From NCBI GenBank assembly GCA_965141635.1, contig CBCSNG010000005.1:28706-92705 (forward strand): 64,000 nt of DNA. The letters are read 5' to 3'. The notes under the pieces are model-generated. The model ran no database searches. It saw only the letters and a list, made by a program, of their open reading frames with translations, and was not told the origin of the DNA. This document shows positions 1 to 11,150 of the stretch, piece by piece; within the stretch, counting starts at the first letter, position 1, and every line of letters starts with the position of its first letter. The translations under genes were made by a program, and so were the position numbers. Source of the stretch: an uncultured Collinsella sp. (lineage in GTDB: Bacteria; Actinomycetota; Coriobacteriia; Coriobacteriales; Coriobacteriaceae).

Positions 1-987
1 ACGAGCCGCATCGCCGCCCAGCACGCCAAGGCCGAGATCAACGCCATCGTGCGCAACTCCGCCCGCGAGCAGATCTACGAGGAGTTCTCCGGCCGTATCG
101 GTGACCTCATCAGCGGTACCGTGCTGCAGTCCACGCCCGACTTCACGATCGTCAAGATCCGCGATGGCGTCGAGGCCGAGCTGCCGCATTTTGACCAGCG
201 TCGTTACGAGAACGAGCGCAACGAGCGTCCGATGGGCGAGCGCTATCTGCACAACCAGCACATCAAGGCCGTGATCATCGACGTCCGCGACCCCAACTCC
301 AACCTGCAGCCGGTTCGCGGCGAGCACAGCCGTCCGCCGATCGTCATCTCCCGCACCCATCCCGAGCTCATGCGTCGTCTGTTTGAGCAGGAGGTGCCCG
401 AGATCTATGAGGGCACCGTCCAGATCAAGTCGATCGCCCGCGAGCCCGGCCAGCGCTCCAAGGTCGCCGTCCACTCGCTCGACGACCGCCTGGATCCCGT
501 GGGCGCCTGCGTCGGCCCCAAGGGCAGCCGTGTCCGCGCTGTCGTGGGCGAGCTCCGCGGCGAGCGCGTCGATGTCATCCTGTGGGATGCCGATCCGGCC
601 GTCTACGTCGCCAACGCCCTGTCGCCCGCCAAGGTCACCCGCGTCCTTATCGACGAGGAGAAGGCCTATGCCGGCGTCATCGTGCCCGATGACCAGCTTT
701 CGCTCGCCATCGGCAAGGAGGGCCAGAACGCCCGTCTCGCCGCTCGCCTGACCGGCTGGCACATCGACATCAAGTCCGAGACCCTTGCCGCCGACATCCT
801 CAAGAACGTCCCCGTTCACGAGGAGCCCGCCGCCGACCTGATCGGTGACGAGGAGGACGACGACGTCCGTCGCTGCGAGTACGTGTCCGAGGACGGCGTC
901 CAGTGCCGCAACCAGGCCCGCCCCGGCTCCCGTTTCTGCGGTGTCCACGACACCGACGCCTTCGATGATGCGGAGGACCTGATCTAG
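1..987 (+). CDS. nusA: Transcription termination/antitermination factor NusA (5'-truncated by window edge)
   Basis: Frame is open from base 1 (SRIAAQHAK). S1 and KH motifs [39 protein letters not shown]. Precedes infB. Confidence 0.97.
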   Translation, partial: TSRIAAQHAKAEINAIVRNSAREQIYEEFSGRIGDLISGTVLQSTPDFTIVKIRDGVEAELPHFDQRRYENERNERPMGERYLHNQHIKAVIIDVRDPNSNLQPVRGEHSRPPIVISRTHPELMRRLFEQEVPEIYEGTVQIKSIAREPGQRSKVAVHSLDDRLDPVGACVGPKGSRVRAVVGELRGERVDVILWDADPAVYVANALSPAKVTRVLIDEEKAYAGVIVPDDQLSLAIGKEGQNARLAARLTGWHIDIKSETLAADILKNVPVHEEPAADLIGDEEDDDVRRCEYVSEDGVQCRNQARPGSRFCGVHDTDAFDDAEDLI

Positions 988-1078
988 CGCGCGGTCGCGT
1001 CGGGCGGGTCCTGGCGCATCTCCCACGCTCGTTCAGTCTCTAGGCACCCAAGGTGCCAGAAAGGGTAGGTGAAGTCAT

Positions 1079-3793
1079 ATGGCAAAAGTCCGTGTGTCCA
1101 CCCTGGCCAAAGAGTTCGGCATGACCTCCAAGGAACTGATGGGTCATCTCGCCGAAATGAAGATTCCCGCTAAGTCCGCTTCCTCCGCCCTGGAGGACGC
1201 TTACGTCGCCATGGTCCGCAAGCAGCTCGCCTCGGTGATCGAGGCCCGCGCCAAGGAAGTCGAGGCCGCCAAGCAGGCCGAGGAGGAGGCAGCCGCCGCC
1301 GAGGAGGCAGCGCGCGCTGCCGAGGCCGAGCGCGAGCGCATCGCCGCCGAGAAGGCACGCGAGGAGGAGCGCCGCCAGTTCGCTGCCGCCCAGGCTGCCG
1401 AGGAGGCCGCCCGTGCCGAGGCCGAGGCCAAGAAGAAGGCCGAGCAGGAGCGCCTTGCCCGCGAGAAGGAGGAGGCTGCCCGCGAGGCCCAGCGCCGCGC
1501 CGTTCCCGCTTCCGACTCCGGTTCGCGCTTCCGTTCGCTGCTTGACCAGATTGCCGCACAGGAGACCGTGCTCAAGGAGAAGAAGGACGCCGAGGAGAAG
1601 GCCAAGGCCGAGCGCGCCTCCGAGCGCGGTAACCGTCGTGGCGGCAACAACGACCGTCGCGGTGGCCGTCGTAACGATCGCAACGCCTCCGACAACAACT
1701 CCGATCGCAACGCCTCCGAGAGCCGTCCGCACAGCCATCGCACCAACGCCAGCAACAACGTCGCTGCCGGCATGGACTTCCCCAACCCCGATAAGCAGGG
1801 CAAGGGCAAGAAACGCAAGGGCGGTCACGGCAACGATGAGGACCACTACAGCCGCATGGCGCGTGAGGCCGAGGAGTACAGTCGCGAGAAGGTACTCGAG
1901 GAGGCCCGCGCCGCCGTCGAGGAGGCCTCTCGCGAGTCCACCGGTCGCCGCAAGAAGCGCAAGGAGAAGCGCGAGCGCGAGGCTGCTAAGGCTCAGGAGG
2001 AGCGCAAGATTGAGGAGGCGCTGGCCCAGGGCGTGAACCCCGAGGAGCTCGACGCCATCAAGGTCTCCCAGGGCGTTACCGTCCAGGAGCTCGCCGAGGC
2101 GCTCGACGTTCCGGCCAACGACATCATCAAGCGCCTGTTCCTGCTGGGCACGCCGCTCACGATGACGCAGTCCATGTCCGACGACCTCGTCGAGCTCGTT
2201 GCCGACGACCTGGGCCGTCAGATCAAGATCATCACCCCCGAGGAGGAGAACACCTTCTCGTTCTACGACGATCCCGCCGACCTTAAGCCGCGCGCCCCGG
2301 TCGTCACCGTCATGGGTCACGTCGACCACGGCAAGACGAGCCTGCTCGACGCCATCCGTCACACCGGCGTCGCTGCCGGCGAGGCGGGCGGCATTACCCA
2401 GGCCATCGGCGCTTCGCAGGTCATGATCAACGACCGCAAGATCACCTTCATCGATACCCCGGGCCACGCCACCTTTACGGCCATGCGTGCCCGTGGCGCC
2501 AAGGTGACCGACATCGTCATTCTGATCGTGGCTGCCGACGACGGCGTCATGCCTCAGACCATCGAGTCGATCAACCACGCCAAGGCCGCTGGCGTACCCA
2601 TTGTCGTCGCCGTCAACAAGATCGATAAGCCGGGCGCCAACCCCGACCGCGTGCGCCAGGAGCTCACCGAGTACGGCATCATCCCCGAGGAGTGGGGCGG
2701 ACAGAACATGTTCGTCAACATCTCGGCCAAGCAGAAGATCGGTATCGACGACCTGCTCGAGACCGTGCTGCTCCAGGCCGACGTGCTCGAGCTCAAGGCC
2801 AACCCCGACACCTTTGCCTCCGGTAACGTCCTCGAGGCTAAGCTCGACAAGGGCCGCGGTTCGGTTGCCACGGTTCTCGTGACCCGCGGTACCCTGCACG
2901 TGGGCGATACGCTGGTCGCCGGCCTTACCTACGGCCGCGTCCGCGCCATGCTCGATCCCAAGGGCAACGCCGTCACCGAGGCCGGCCCCTCCGACGCCGT
3001 CGAGATCTTGGGCCTGCAGTCCGTGCCCAACGCCGGTGACGAGTTCCGCGTGTTTGAGGACGAGCGCGAGGCTCGCGCCCTGGCCGATGAGCGTTCGCTC
3101 AAGGCACGTATCGAGGAGCAGAGCCGCGTGAAGCACGTCACGCTCGAGAACCTCTTCGAGACCATCGCCGATGCCGAGGTCAAGGAGCTCAACCTGATCA
3201 TCAAGGCCGACGTCCAGGGTTCCATCGAGGCCCTTCAGGACTCGCTCGACAAGATGGATCAGTCCGAGGTCCGCATCAACACGATCCACTCCGCCGTCGG
3301 TGCCATCAACGAGACCGACGTCGTCCTGGCCGACGCCTCCAACGCCATCATCATCGGCTTTGGCGTGCGTCCCGACGGCAAGGCCCGCTCCGCCGCTGAG
3401 CGCGAGGGCGTCGAGATTCGTTGCTACGACGTTATCTACAAGTGCCTCGAGGAGCTCGACGCTGCCCGCATCGGCATGCTTAAGCCCACCGAGGTCGAGG
3501 TCTCCACGGGTACCGCGACCGTCCTGGACACCTTCAAGGTGCCCAAAGTCGGCATCGCCGCCGGTGTCCGCGTCGAGGAGGGCGAGATCGCCGCGACCGA
3601 TTCCGTGCGCCTGGTGCGTGACGGCATTGTGGTCTTCAACGGCAAGATCGCCTCGATGCGCCACTACAAGGACGAGGCCAAGAGCCTCAAGAGCGGTTCC
3701 GAGGGCGGCATTGGCCTGGAGAACTTCCAGGACATCAAGCCTGGCGATCAGATCGAGGGTTACCGCATCGACCAGGTTGCCCGTACCGAGTAG
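1079..3793 (+). CDS. infB: Translation initiation factor IF-2
   Basis: [13 protein letters not shown] and NKID GTPase motifs; IKADVQGS; long charged N-terminus. Confidence 0.99.
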   Translation: MAKVRVSTLAKEFGMTSKELMGHLAEMKIPAKSASSALEDAYVAMVRKQLASVIEARAKEVEAAKQAEEEAAAAEEAARAAEAERERIAAEKAREEERRQFAAAQAAEEAARAEAEAKKKAEQERLAREKEEAAREAQRRAVPASDSGSRFRSLLDQIAAQETVLKEKKDAEEKAKAERASERGNRRGGNNDRRGGRRNDRNASDNNSDRNASESRPHSHRTNASNNVAAGMDFPNPDKQGKGKKRKGGHGNDEDHYSRMAREAEEYSREKVLEEARAAVEEASRESTGRRKKRKEKREREAAKAQEERKIEEALAQGVNPEELDAIKVSQGVTVQELAEALDVPANDIIKRLFLLGTPLTMTQSMSDDLVELVADDLGRQIKIITPEEENTFSFYDDPADLKPRAPVVTVMGHVDHGKTSLLDAIRHTGVAAGEAGGITQAIGASQVMINDRKITFIDTPGHATFTAMRARGAKVTDIVILIVAADDGVMPQTIESINHAKAAGVPIVVAVNKIDKPGANPDRVRQELTEYGIIPEEWGGQNMFVNISAKQKIGIDDLLETVLLQADVLELKANPDTFASGNVLEAKLDKGRGSVATVLVTRGTLHVGDTLVAGLTYGRVRAMLDPKGNAVTEAGPSDAVEILGLQSVPNAGDEFRVFEDEREARALADERSLKARIEEQSRVKHVTLENLFETIADAEVKELNLIIKADVQGSIEALQDSLDKMDQSEVRINTIHSAVGAINETDVVLADASNAIIIGFGVRPDGKARSAAEREGVEIRCYDVIYKCLEELDAARIGMLKPTEVEVSTGTATVLDTFKVPKVGIAAGVRVEEGEIAATDSVRLVRDGIVVFNGKIASMRHYKDEAKSLKSGSEGGIGLENFQDIKPGDQIEGYRIDQVARTE

Positions 3794-3804
3794 GGGGTAG
3801 CGCT

Positions 3805-4215
3805 ATGAAGCAAACGCAGGCAACCCGCCGTTTGGGCGAGCAGCTCCGCGAGAAGCTCGGTTATATCCTGCTCTTTGAGGTTTCCGATCCGCGTCTCGAC
3901 CTGGTCACCCTGACTGCGGTCGAGGTCGCGGTGGACCGTTCGTTCGCACGCGTGTACGTGTCGTGCGATGCGAGCCGCTACGATGAGGTCATGGAGGCGC
4001 TTGCCAGCGCCAAGGGTCGTATTCGCAGCCTGTTGGCTCGCTCGCTCGATTGGCGCGTCACGCCCGAGCTCGATTTTCGCATCGATCGCTCGACCGATGA
4101 GGCCGAGCGCATCACGCGTGCGCTGGAAAACGTTCCGGCCACGCTTGCGATCGAAAAGGACGAGGACGGCTACCCCATAGCGGATGCCGTCCAGGAGGCA
4201 GCTTTAGATGACTAA
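3805..4215 (+). CDS. rbfA: Ribosome-binding factor A
   Basis: Follows infB; DPRL...ARVYVS...RVTPELDFRID pattern. Confidence 0.93.
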   Translation: MKQTQATRRLGEQLREKLGYILLFEVSDPRLDLVTLTAVEVAVDRSFARVYVSCDASRYDEVMEALASAKGRIRSLLARSLDWRVTPELDFRIDRSTDEAERITRALENVPATLAIEKDEDGYPIADAVQEAALDD

Positions 4216-5251
4216 TTCCGCCGATCTCGCCTCGTGCGAGTCTGCAGGTATTAAACGACGCATCCTCGAGCTCATCGAGGGTGCGTCCTCCATTGCGATC
4301 TCGGGTCACACCTCTCCCGACGGCGATGCCCTGGGCTCCGTGTTGGGCCTGGGCCTTTCGCTTATGAAGGTGTTCCCCGACAAGGACATCGCCCTGCTGC
4401 TGGCAGATGACGATCCCGTTCCGCGCATCTACCGTTTTATGGAGGGCGCCGATTTGCTGGTGCCGGCATCTACCTACACCGGCAACCCGGACCTGTTCAT
4501 TTCGGTAGACGTGCCGGTCGTCGAGCGCCTCAATAATTCCGCCGAGGTGTTGCGTCGTTCGGCTCACGTGGCGTGCTTTGACCATCACCCGGCACGCGAG
4601 GAGTTTGCCGAGGTCAGCCTTAGGTGTGTCAATGCCGCTGCTTGCGCCATGATTATCGACCGCTTTTTGGCCGATTGCGGCATTACTGCAAGCGACAGCA
4701 TTGCGACCTGCCTGCTGTGCGGCCTGGTCACCGATACCGGTCGTTTTCAGTATCAGAACGCCGACGCTGCCGCGTTTCATGCCGCCTCGCGTCTGGTGGC
4801 GCACGGTGCCGATCCGGCGCGCGTCGCGCTCGAGGTCTATCAGAGCATGCGTGTCGAGTTCTTGCACCTCAAGTCCATCGTCATGGGTCGCATCAAGACG
4901 GTCGCGCACGGGCGCGTGGCATATAGCTACGCGTATGAGAGTGACCTCAAGGAATGCGGCGTCACCTCGGATGAGTGCGACGGCCTGGTCGATGTGGTGC
5001 GCTCGGTGATGGGCGTCGAGGTCTGCCTGTTCCTTAAGGGCATCGAGGGCGATACCAAGGTGCGTGGCAACCTGCGCTCCAAGGGCGATCTTGATGTTTC
5101 CGAGATTGCGGCCAACTTTGGCGGAGGTGGGCACCACGCTGCCGCCGGCTTTACCAACGCCGGAACGATTTCCGAGACGCTCACCGCGGCACTTCCCATG
5201 CTGGCCGAGCTGGTAGGGGAGGATCCCGCTTCGGTGACCGTCGAGCTCTAA
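4208..5251 (+). CDS. DHH/DHHA1 phosphoesterase (NrnA-like nanoRNase/pAp phosphatase)
   Basis: HTSPDGDALGS, DHH, TDTG and GGGGHHAAAG motifs; located between rbfA and truB. Confidence 0.93.
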   Translation: MTNSADLASCESAGIKRRILELIEGASSIAISGHTSPDGDALGSVLGLGLSLMKVFPDKDIALLLADDDPVPRIYRFMEGADLLVPASTYTGNPDLFISVDVPVVERLNNSAEVLRRSAHVACFDHHPAREEFAEVSLRCVNAAACAMIIDRFLADCGITASDSIATCLLCGLVTDTGRFQYQNADAAAFHAASRLVAHGADPARVALEVYQSMRVEFLHLKSIVMGRIKTVAHGRVAYSYAYESDLKECGVTSDECDGLVDVVRSVMGVEVCLFLKGIEGDTKVRGNLRSKGDLDVSEIAANFGGGGHHAAAGFTNAGTISETLTAALPMLAELVGEDPASVTVEL

Positions 5252-5266
5252 CTTTTTGGATGGTAC

Positions 5267-6199
5267 ATGGCTCGTCGTACACCTTCTCAACTTAATATGC
5301 TGCTCGCCGTCGATAAGCCGGTGGGCTGCACGTCCCACGACGTGGTTTCGCAATGCCGACGCGCCCTCCATGAGCGGCGCGTCGGCCATGCCGGAACGCT
5401 CGACCCCATGGCCTCGGGTGTCATGGTGGTGGGCGTGGGCCAGGCAACGCGTCTGCTGGGCATGCTCACACTCGATACCAAAAGCTACGTCGCCGACATC
5501 TCGTTTGGCGTCGAGACCAATACCGATGATGCGGAAGGCGAGGCCGTCCGCACGGTGCCCATAGCCGCCGAGCTGCGCGATCCGTCCTATGCCCGCGAGC
5601 GCCTGTGCACCATGTTGGGCCCGCAGATGCAGGTGCCGCCGGCGTTTTCGGCCATTTCGGTCAACGGCGTACGCGCCTATAAGGCTGCGCGCGAGGGCAA
5701 TGCCGTGTCGCTGCCCCCGCGTCCGGTCGAGGTGTACTCCGCCGACCTGATTGCCGTGAGTGGCGACGGCGACGCCTGTGTTTGGACCGTGGCGTTTTCG
5801 GTGAGTAAGGGCACCTATATCCGTGCGCTCGCTCGCGACCTGGGTCGTGCCTGCGACAACGCGGCGCATATTTCTGCATTGCGCCGTACGGCCTCAGGTG
5901 TTGTTTCCATCGGTGCCTGTCATGCGGTCGAGGAACTTTCTGCCGAGTCCGCTGCCGGCTTTGCCCTGGATCCCATTGCGGCACTGGGCGCCACGCGCGC
6001 CGACTTGCCGGGTGATCTTGCCGACGATCTGCTGTGCGGACGTCGTATTCCTATTGAGCGCGCGCTTGCGAGCTTCGATGCGTCGAAGGCGCCGTTTGCG
6101 CTGGTGCTCGATGGCGGGCTCAAGGCGCTTGCCCGTATCGAGGGCGGCCGCTTTGTTATGGAGCATGTCTTTCCGCAGGCGATCGGCGGTGTTCGATGA
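5267..6199 (+). CDS. truB: tRNA pseudouridine(55) synthase
   Basis: VDKP, GHAGTLDPMASG, QVPPAFSA and SKGTYIRALARD motifs. Confidence 0.97.
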   Translation: MARRTPSQLNMLLAVDKPVGCTSHDVVSQCRRALHERRVGHAGTLDPMASGVMVVGVGQATRLLGMLTLDTKSYVADISFGVETNTDDAEGEAVRTVPIAAELRDPSYARERLCTMLGPQMQVPPAFSAISVNGVRAYKAAREGNAVSLPPRPVEVYSADLIAVSGDGDACVWTVAFSVSKGTYIRALARDLGRACDNAAHISALRRTASGVVSIGACHAVEELSAESAAGFALDPIAALGATRADLPGDLADDLLCGRRIPIERALASFDASKAPFALVLDGGLKALARIEGGRFVMEHVFPQAIGGVR

Positions 6200-7203
6200 T
6201 GCTGGCCTCCCACGAGCTCGTGCGTATTTTTTTCGCGGGCGAGTCGGATGAGGCCTGCATCGTCGCCGCCGATGCGTTTGATGATTGCGCGTGCCTGGGC
6301 GCCGCGTCGATCGCCATCGGCGTGTTCGACGGCGTGCATCGGGGGCATCGCGAGCTGATCGACGCGGTCGTTCGCGATGCGCGTGACCACGGCTGCAAGG
6401 CGGTTGTTGTCACCTTCGATCCCGACCCGGACGTAGTGGTGAGCCCCGCGCCCGCGCAAAAATTGATGACGACGGCTGACCGTCTGCATGCCCTGGCTCT
6501 CACTGGGGTCGATGCGGTCGTGGCCGTTCCCTTTACGCCCGCGGTGGCGGCACTCGACCACGTAGGCTTTTTTAAGCTGCTGTCGCGCGTCGTCGATATC
6601 CGCTCGATTCGCGTGGGTAGCGACTTTAGGTTGGGCCGCGGCGGTGCCTCGGGCGTTGCCGAGATGCAGGCATGGGGAGCCGAGCGCGGTGTAGACGTCT
6701 ATGGCCACGAGCTGCTGTGCGTCGATGGGCAGACGGTCTGCGCCACCCGTATTCGTCAGGAGCTCCGCCAGGGACATGTTGAGCTTGCCGCCGAGCTGCT
6801 CGGTCGCCCATACATGCTGCGAGGTATTGTTGCCGGCGGTCGTCATCAGGGTTCCGACATGGGTTTTCCCACGGCAAACATCCAGGTGCCCGAGGGCATT
6901 CAGGTGCCTGCCGATGGCGTTTACGAGGGCCTGGTGCTGGTCGACGATACCGTATGGCCTGCTGCCGTCAACGTGGGGCTGCCGCCGACGTATGCCGACG
7001 ATGCCGCCTCGGCGCATCTCGAGGCCAACTTGATCGGGTATGCGGGCGACCTGTACGGCGCCTCGGTGTCGCTGGCGTTTACGCGCTGGCTGCGCCCGTC
7101 GCGCGTGTTCGATTCGCTGGACGAGCTTATCGCGACCGTCGAGGGTAATATTGACGATATCCGTCATCATTTGGGTGAGCAGGGGGTGAGCATCTGTGAT
7201 TAG
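6196..7203 (+). CDS. ribF: Riboflavin kinase/FAD synthetase
   Basis: IGVFDGVHRGH and GFPTANI motifs; follows truB. Confidence 0.96.
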   Translation: MMLASHELVRIFFAGESDEACIVAADAFDDCACLGAASIAIGVFDGVHRGHRELIDAVVRDARDHGCKAVVVTFDPDPDVVVSPAPAQKLMTTADRLHALALTGVDAVVAVPFTPAVAALDHVGFFKLLSRVVDIRSIRVGSDFRLGRGGASGVAEMQAWGAERGVDVYGHELLCVDGQTVCATRIRQELRQGHVELAAELLGRPYMLRGIVAGGRHQGSDMGFPTANIQVPEGIQVPADGVYEGLVLVDDTVWPAAVNVGLPPTYADDAASAHLEANLIGYAGDLYGASVSLAFTRWLRPSRVFDSLDELIATVEGNIDDIRHHLGEQGVSICD

Positions 7204-9310
7204 CGATGAGGAAAAAGACCAGGTACGCGCTGCGTCCGATCTGGTTGCCATCGTGCAGGAAACGGTTGAGCTTAAGCCCCGCGGCCATGAGTTTTGGGGT
7301 TGCTGCCCCTTCCATGGCGAAAAGACCCCGTCGTTCCACATTATCCCCGCTACGCAGGTGTGGCACTGCTTTGGTTGTGGCGAGGGCGGCGACGTCTTCA
7401 CCTACATCATGAAGCGCGAGAACCTGAGCTTTCCCGAGTCGATTCGCTACCTGGCCGACCGTGCCGGCATTGAGCTGCACGATACCGGCGCTTATCGCGA
7501 GCGCGGCACCAAGCGCGCCCGCATCTACGACCTGTGCGCTGAGACCGCCCAGTTCTATCACACCATGCTCATGCGCGGTAAGGACAGCCGTCCGCGCGAG
7601 TACTTTGCCAGCCGCGGTATGGGCGGCGATGTCTGCCGCCGCTACTGTCTGGGCTTTGCGCCGGGCCGCAACGCGCTGGTGTCGCATCTGTCGCAGGCGG
7701 GCTTTACGCCGCAGGAGATGATCGACGCCAACGTGGCCGTGAGCCGTGGGCGCGGGCAGCTCGCCGATCGTTTTTACGACCGTGTGATGTTTCCCATTTT
7801 TGACGAGCAGGGTCATAACATAGCCTTCGGCGGGCGCATTATGGGCGACGGCCAGCCGAAGTACCTCAATACCGCTGAGACGAGCGTGTTCCATAAAAAG
7901 CGAAACCTCTACGGCTTTAACTGGGCTAAGGAGTTTATCGTTGCGCAGGATACAGCCATCGTGGTTGAGGGATATACCGACTGCATCGCCTGCTGGGAGG
8001 CGGGGATCAAAAACGTCGTCGCCACGCTGGGTACGGCGCTGACGGAACATCATGTAAAGACGCTCACCCGTTTTGCCAAGCGCATCGTGTATATGTTCGA
8101 CGGCGACGCCGCCGGCCAAAAGGCCGCGCGACGTGCGATTCAGTTTATCGAGCAGGATTCGATGGATCTGCGCTGCGTGGTGCTTCCCGACGGCAACGAC
8201 CCCATGGAGTTCATTACCGCGCATGGGGGCGAGGCGCTGCAGGCGCGCATCGACGCCGCCGAGCCCCTCATGGACTTTGTGTACCGCTCACTGCAGGAGT
8301 CGAGCGACATCACCACGCCGGGCGGTCGTGCCAAGGCGCTCGAGGATGCGCTGACGCTCATCTATCCGCTGCGCGATAGCTACATGATCGATACGTACTT
8401 TATCCAGATTGCCGACCTGCTGGGTTTGGATTTGGAGACGGTGCGCTCAAGCTCGGGACGCGTGTTTCGCGATGTTGCCAAGCGCGAGGACGCCGAGCGT
8501 CGTCGCGAGCAGAACTACGAGCGCCAGCGGGCGCAGACCGAGCGCGCAGGCAGCGCAGGCGGTCGGGCGTCTGGTTCGCAGGGGGCGTCTCGCGGTGCTT
8601 GGGCGTCGGGGGCGACGCCGCCGGTGTCCACGCCGGTCGAGGAAGAACCGTACGACTATGTTCCGCTCGAGGCCTACGGGGCCGCGCCGGTCGAGGCTGT
8701 CGACGATATGCCGCCGATTGATGTGCCGGTTGGTATGGATGGCGCGGCACCGGTCGCCGATATAATGGGCGCGCCCGCGTCGCCGACGATGCCGATCGTG
8801 CTGACCGACCTAGAGCGAAAGTCTTTGGCGGGGGAGCGCGAGCTGCTGACGATGCTCACGAGCTACCCCGACCTGTTCCGCACGTATGCCGATCGCATCT
8901 GCTCGATCGAGTGGGTTGATCCGCGTCACGAGTCCATCGCGTGGGCCGTGCTCGCGACGCCGCCGGGCACCGACCCCACGGCGTGCATGGATGCGGCGCG
9001 CGCGGTGTGTCCCGAGGCAGCGTCGCTTGTCAGCGCCGGGCGCATTTCGTCGACGAGCAAGCACCCCACCGAGACGAACATCGTGTTTATGCTTGATACC
9101 CTTGAGCTCTACACCATCAAGCGCCGCATGCGCGCCGCACAGGCCAAGCTTCGCCAGGACCGGTCGCTCGACGATGAGGCGCGCCGTGTGCTGACGATGC
9201 AGGCGATGCAAGATTCTCAGCGCCAGCGCGAGCTCCAAAAGTCGATTGGTGGCGTGGCCGATCCGTTCCGTTTGATCGGTTTGGAGACTGCGGGCGCCGA
9301 CCAGGCCTAG
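7196..9310 (+). CDS. dnaG: DNA primase
   Basis: CPFHGEKTPS...HCFGC zinc finger; PKYLNT; TOPRIM motifs VEGYTD and FDGDAAG. GTG start overlaps the ribF end. Confidence 0.97.
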   Translation: MISDEEKDQVRAASDLVAIVQETVELKPRGHEFWGCCPFHGEKTPSFHIIPATQVWHCFGCGEGGDVFTYIMKRENLSFPESIRYLADRAGIELHDTGAYRERGTKRARIYDLCAETAQFYHTMLMRGKDSRPREYFASRGMGGDVCRRYCLGFAPGRNALVSHLSQAGFTPQEMIDANVAVSRGRGQLADRFYDRVMFPIFDEQGHNIAFGGRIMGDGQPKYLNTAETSVFHKKRNLYGFNWAKEFIVAQDTAIVVEGYTDCIACWEAGIKNVVATLGTALTEHHVKTLTRFAKRIVYMFDGDAAGQKAARRAIQFIEQDSMDLRCVVLPDGNDPMEFITAHGGEALQARIDAAEPLMDFVYRSLQESSDITTPGGRAKALEDALTLIYPLRDSYMIDTYFIQIADLLGLDLETVRSSSGRVFRDVAKREDAERRREQNYERQRAQTERAGSAGGRASGSQGASRGAWASGATPPVSTPVEEEPYDYVPLEAYGAAPVEAVDDMPPIDVPVGMDGAAPVADIMGAPASPTMPIVLTDLERKSLAGERELLTMLTSYPDLFRTYADRICSIEWVDPRHESIAWAVLATPPGTDPTACMDAARAVCPEAASLVSAGRISSTSKHPTETNIVFMLDTLELYTIKRRMRAAQAKLRQDRSLDDEARRVLTMQAMQDSQRQRELQKSIGGVADPFRLIGLETAGADQA

Positions 9311-9420
9311 ATGTTGTGGTCAACCAGCGTATTCGCGCCTATATCCAGTCTGAATTTTGGGTATAGACGTCAATGTGTGTGCTAAAGTAATGAGTCCTGT
9401 GGACTATGAAGGGAGAATCT

Positions 9421-10767
9421 GTGCCAAAAAAGAGTGAGAGCACGGGTACTGGGCTGGAATCCTACGTTGCAAAGCTCATGGGCAACGGCTCAAACAGGAC
9501 TTCGGTAACCGAGGACGAGATTCAGGTCGCCCTGAAGGATATCGATGTGTCTGACGAGCAGCTCAACGCGGTGTATTCCGCGCTGCGCAACAGCGGCATC
9601 CAGATTATCTCCGCGAGCGGAAACGACGACGCCCCCATGGACGTCGACGATGACGATAACGATAGCGATACCGACGATTTCGATGACGACGAGCACGATT
9701 CCGGCTCGCTCGACGATCACGAGCTTAAGATGGCCCGTCAGGCCGACGCCGAGATGGGTTCTTCCAAGAGCAAGAAGAAGCGCACCGTGCGCACGTCCCG
9801 TTCGCGTTCGCGCGTGCGTGGCATCGATGCCTCCACGGTGATGCTGACCGGCGACCCGGTTCGTATGTACCTTAAGGAGATCGGTAAGGTCGACCTGCTG
9901 ACCGCCTCCGAAGAGGTCGATCTGGCCATGAAGATCGAGGCTGGCCTTGACGCCACCGAGAAGCTCGAGGCCGCCGAGGCGGGCGAGATCGAGCTTACCC
10001 GCGCCGAGATGCGTCGCCTGACCCGCATCGAGAACGTGGGTCTCGAGGCCAAGCAGGCGCTCATCAGCGCCAACCTGCGTCTGGTCGTCTCCATCGCCAA
10101 GCGCTATGTCGGTCGCGGCATGCTGTTCCTGGACCTGATCCAGGAGGGCAACCTCGGTCTGATCCGCGCCGTCGAGAAGTTCGACTACCAGAAGGGCTTT
10201 AAGTTCTCCACGTACGCCACGTGGTGGATCCGCCAGGCCATCACGCGTGCTATCGCCGACCAGGCCCGTACTATCCGTATTCCCGTGCACATGGTCGAGA
10301 CCATCAACAAGCTCGTCCGCGTGCAGCGCCAGCTTCTCCAGGACTTGGGTCGCGACCCGACCCCCGAGGAGATTGGTGCCGAGATGGACATGAGTGCCGA
10401 TCGCGTCCGCGAGATCCAGAAGATTTCGCAGGAGCCCGTGTCGCTCGAGACCCCCATCGGCGAGGAAGAGGATTCCCAGCTGGGCGACTTCATCGAGGAC
10501 TCCCAGGCTATCGTTCCGCCCGATGCCGCCAGCTTCTCCATGCTGCAGGAGCAGCTCACCCAGGTGCTCGATTCGCTTGCCGATCGTGAGCGCAAGGTTA
10601 TCGAGCTGCGCTTTGGCCTTGTCGACGGACATCCCCGTACGCTCGAGGAAGTCGGCCGCGAGTTTGGCGTCACGCGCGAGCGTATCCGCCAGATCGAGTC
10701 CAAGACCCTGGCCAAGCTCCGCCACCCCAGCCGCAGTAGCAAGCTGAAGGACTATATTGAGTCTTAA
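9421..10767 (+). CDS. rpoD: Primary sigma factor RpoD/SigA
   Basis: [51 protein letters not shown] 9421 follows GAAGGGAG (alternative ATG 9406). Confidence 0.98.
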   Translation: MPKKSESTGTGLESYVAKLMGNGSNRTSVTEDEIQVALKDIDVSDEQLNAVYSALRNSGIQIISASGNDDAPMDVDDDDNDSDTDDFDDDEHDSGSLDDHELKMARQADAEMGSSKSKKKRTVRTSRSRSRVRGIDASTVMLTGDPVRMYLKEIGKVDLLTASEEVDLAMKIEAGLDATEKLEAAEAGEIELTRAEMRRLTRIENVGLEAKQALISANLRLVVSIAKRYVGRGMLFLDLIQEGNLGLIRAVEKFDYQKGFKFSTYATWWIRQAITRAIADQARTIRIPVHMVETINKLVRVQRQLLQDLGRDPTPEEIGAEMDMSADRVREIQKISQEPVSLETPIGEEEDSQLGDFIEDSQAIVPPDAASFSMLQEQLTQVLDSLADRERKVIELRFGLVDGHPRTLEEVGREFGVTRERIRQIESKTLAKLRHPSRSSKLKDYIES

Positions 10768-10780
10768 CCTCGCAAGCAAG

Positions 10781-10816
10781 AAGCGCCCTCAAGCACATCC
10801 GTTTGGGGGCGCTTTC
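10781..10816 (+). terminator. Hairpin after rpoD, probable terminator
   Basis: aagcgccctcaagc...gtttgggggcgctt stem with short T tail. Confidence 0.6.
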
Positions 10817-10820
10817 ATGC

Positions 10821-10850
10821 AGTCATTGGGGACGTCCGCAATGACTAGTC
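10821..10850. repeat. GGGGAC-loop palindrome (single unit)
   Basis: agtcattg-gggacgtccg-caatgact-agtc; aligns with the left unit of the 38806 element. Confidence 0.6.
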
Positions 10851-10872
10851 GGAAAAATTCTCAAAAAAGTTC

Positions 10873-10900
10873 TTGCCCTAAGCTGATTCGTCCGTATAAT
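10873..10900 (+). promoter_or_regulatory. Sigma70-type promoter for tRNA-Asn pair
   Basis: TTGCCC-N16-TATAAT, about 30 nt upstream of the first tRNA, with A-rich sequence upstream. Confidence 0.75.
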
Positions 10901-10930
10901 AAACTTCGTTGCTTGAGAGCACACACCTAT

Positions 10931-11005
10931 TCCTCGGTAGCTCAATGGTAGAGCACGCGGCTGTTAACCGCGCTGTTGTAGGTTCGAGTCCTACCCGGGG
11001 AGCCA
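10931..11005 (+). tRNA. tRNA-Asn(GTT)
   Basis: Cloverleaf; anticodon loop CTGTTAA; GTTCGAG T-loop; encoded CCA. Confidence 0.98.
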
Positions 11006-11039
11006 GAATTTCTCAGCCCATTCCGCTGGGCTTTTAAAT

Positions 11040-11114
11040 TCCTCGGTAGCTCAATGGTAGAGCACGCGGCTGTTAACCGCGCTGTTGTAGGTTCGAGTCC
11101 TACCCGGGGAGCCA
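11040..11114 (+). tRNA. tRNA-Asn(GTT), identical tandem copy
   Basis: Identical 75-nt sequence to 10931..11005. Confidence 0.98.
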
Positions 11115-11120
11115 GGTTGT

Positions 11121-11150
11121 AAAACCCGTCGCTTATGCGGCGGGTTTTTT
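11121..11150 (+). terminator. Intrinsic terminator after tRNAs
   Basis: aaaacccgtcgc-ttat-gcggcgggtttttt. Confidence 0.9.

Noticed and set aside
1675..1719. 18-bp direct repeat with 27-bp period in infB
   Set aside because: Small in-frame duplication in the low-complexity IF2 linker; not an array.
1040..3664. 874-aa antisense ORF over infB, and similar long antisense ORFs over rpoD, smc, ftsH, ileS and alaS
   Set aside because: Shadow ORFs expected from high-GC codon bias; no recognisable motifs; fully overlap clear housekeeping genes.
9339..9367. GGGTAT upstream of rpoD as a SigB promoter, and a weak hairpin there
   Set aside because: No GTTT-like -35 at the right spacing; the hairpin lacks a T tail.
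10931..11114. tRNA duplication as attL/attR of an integrated element
   Set aside because: Both copies are full length, only 34 bp apart, and no integrase is present.
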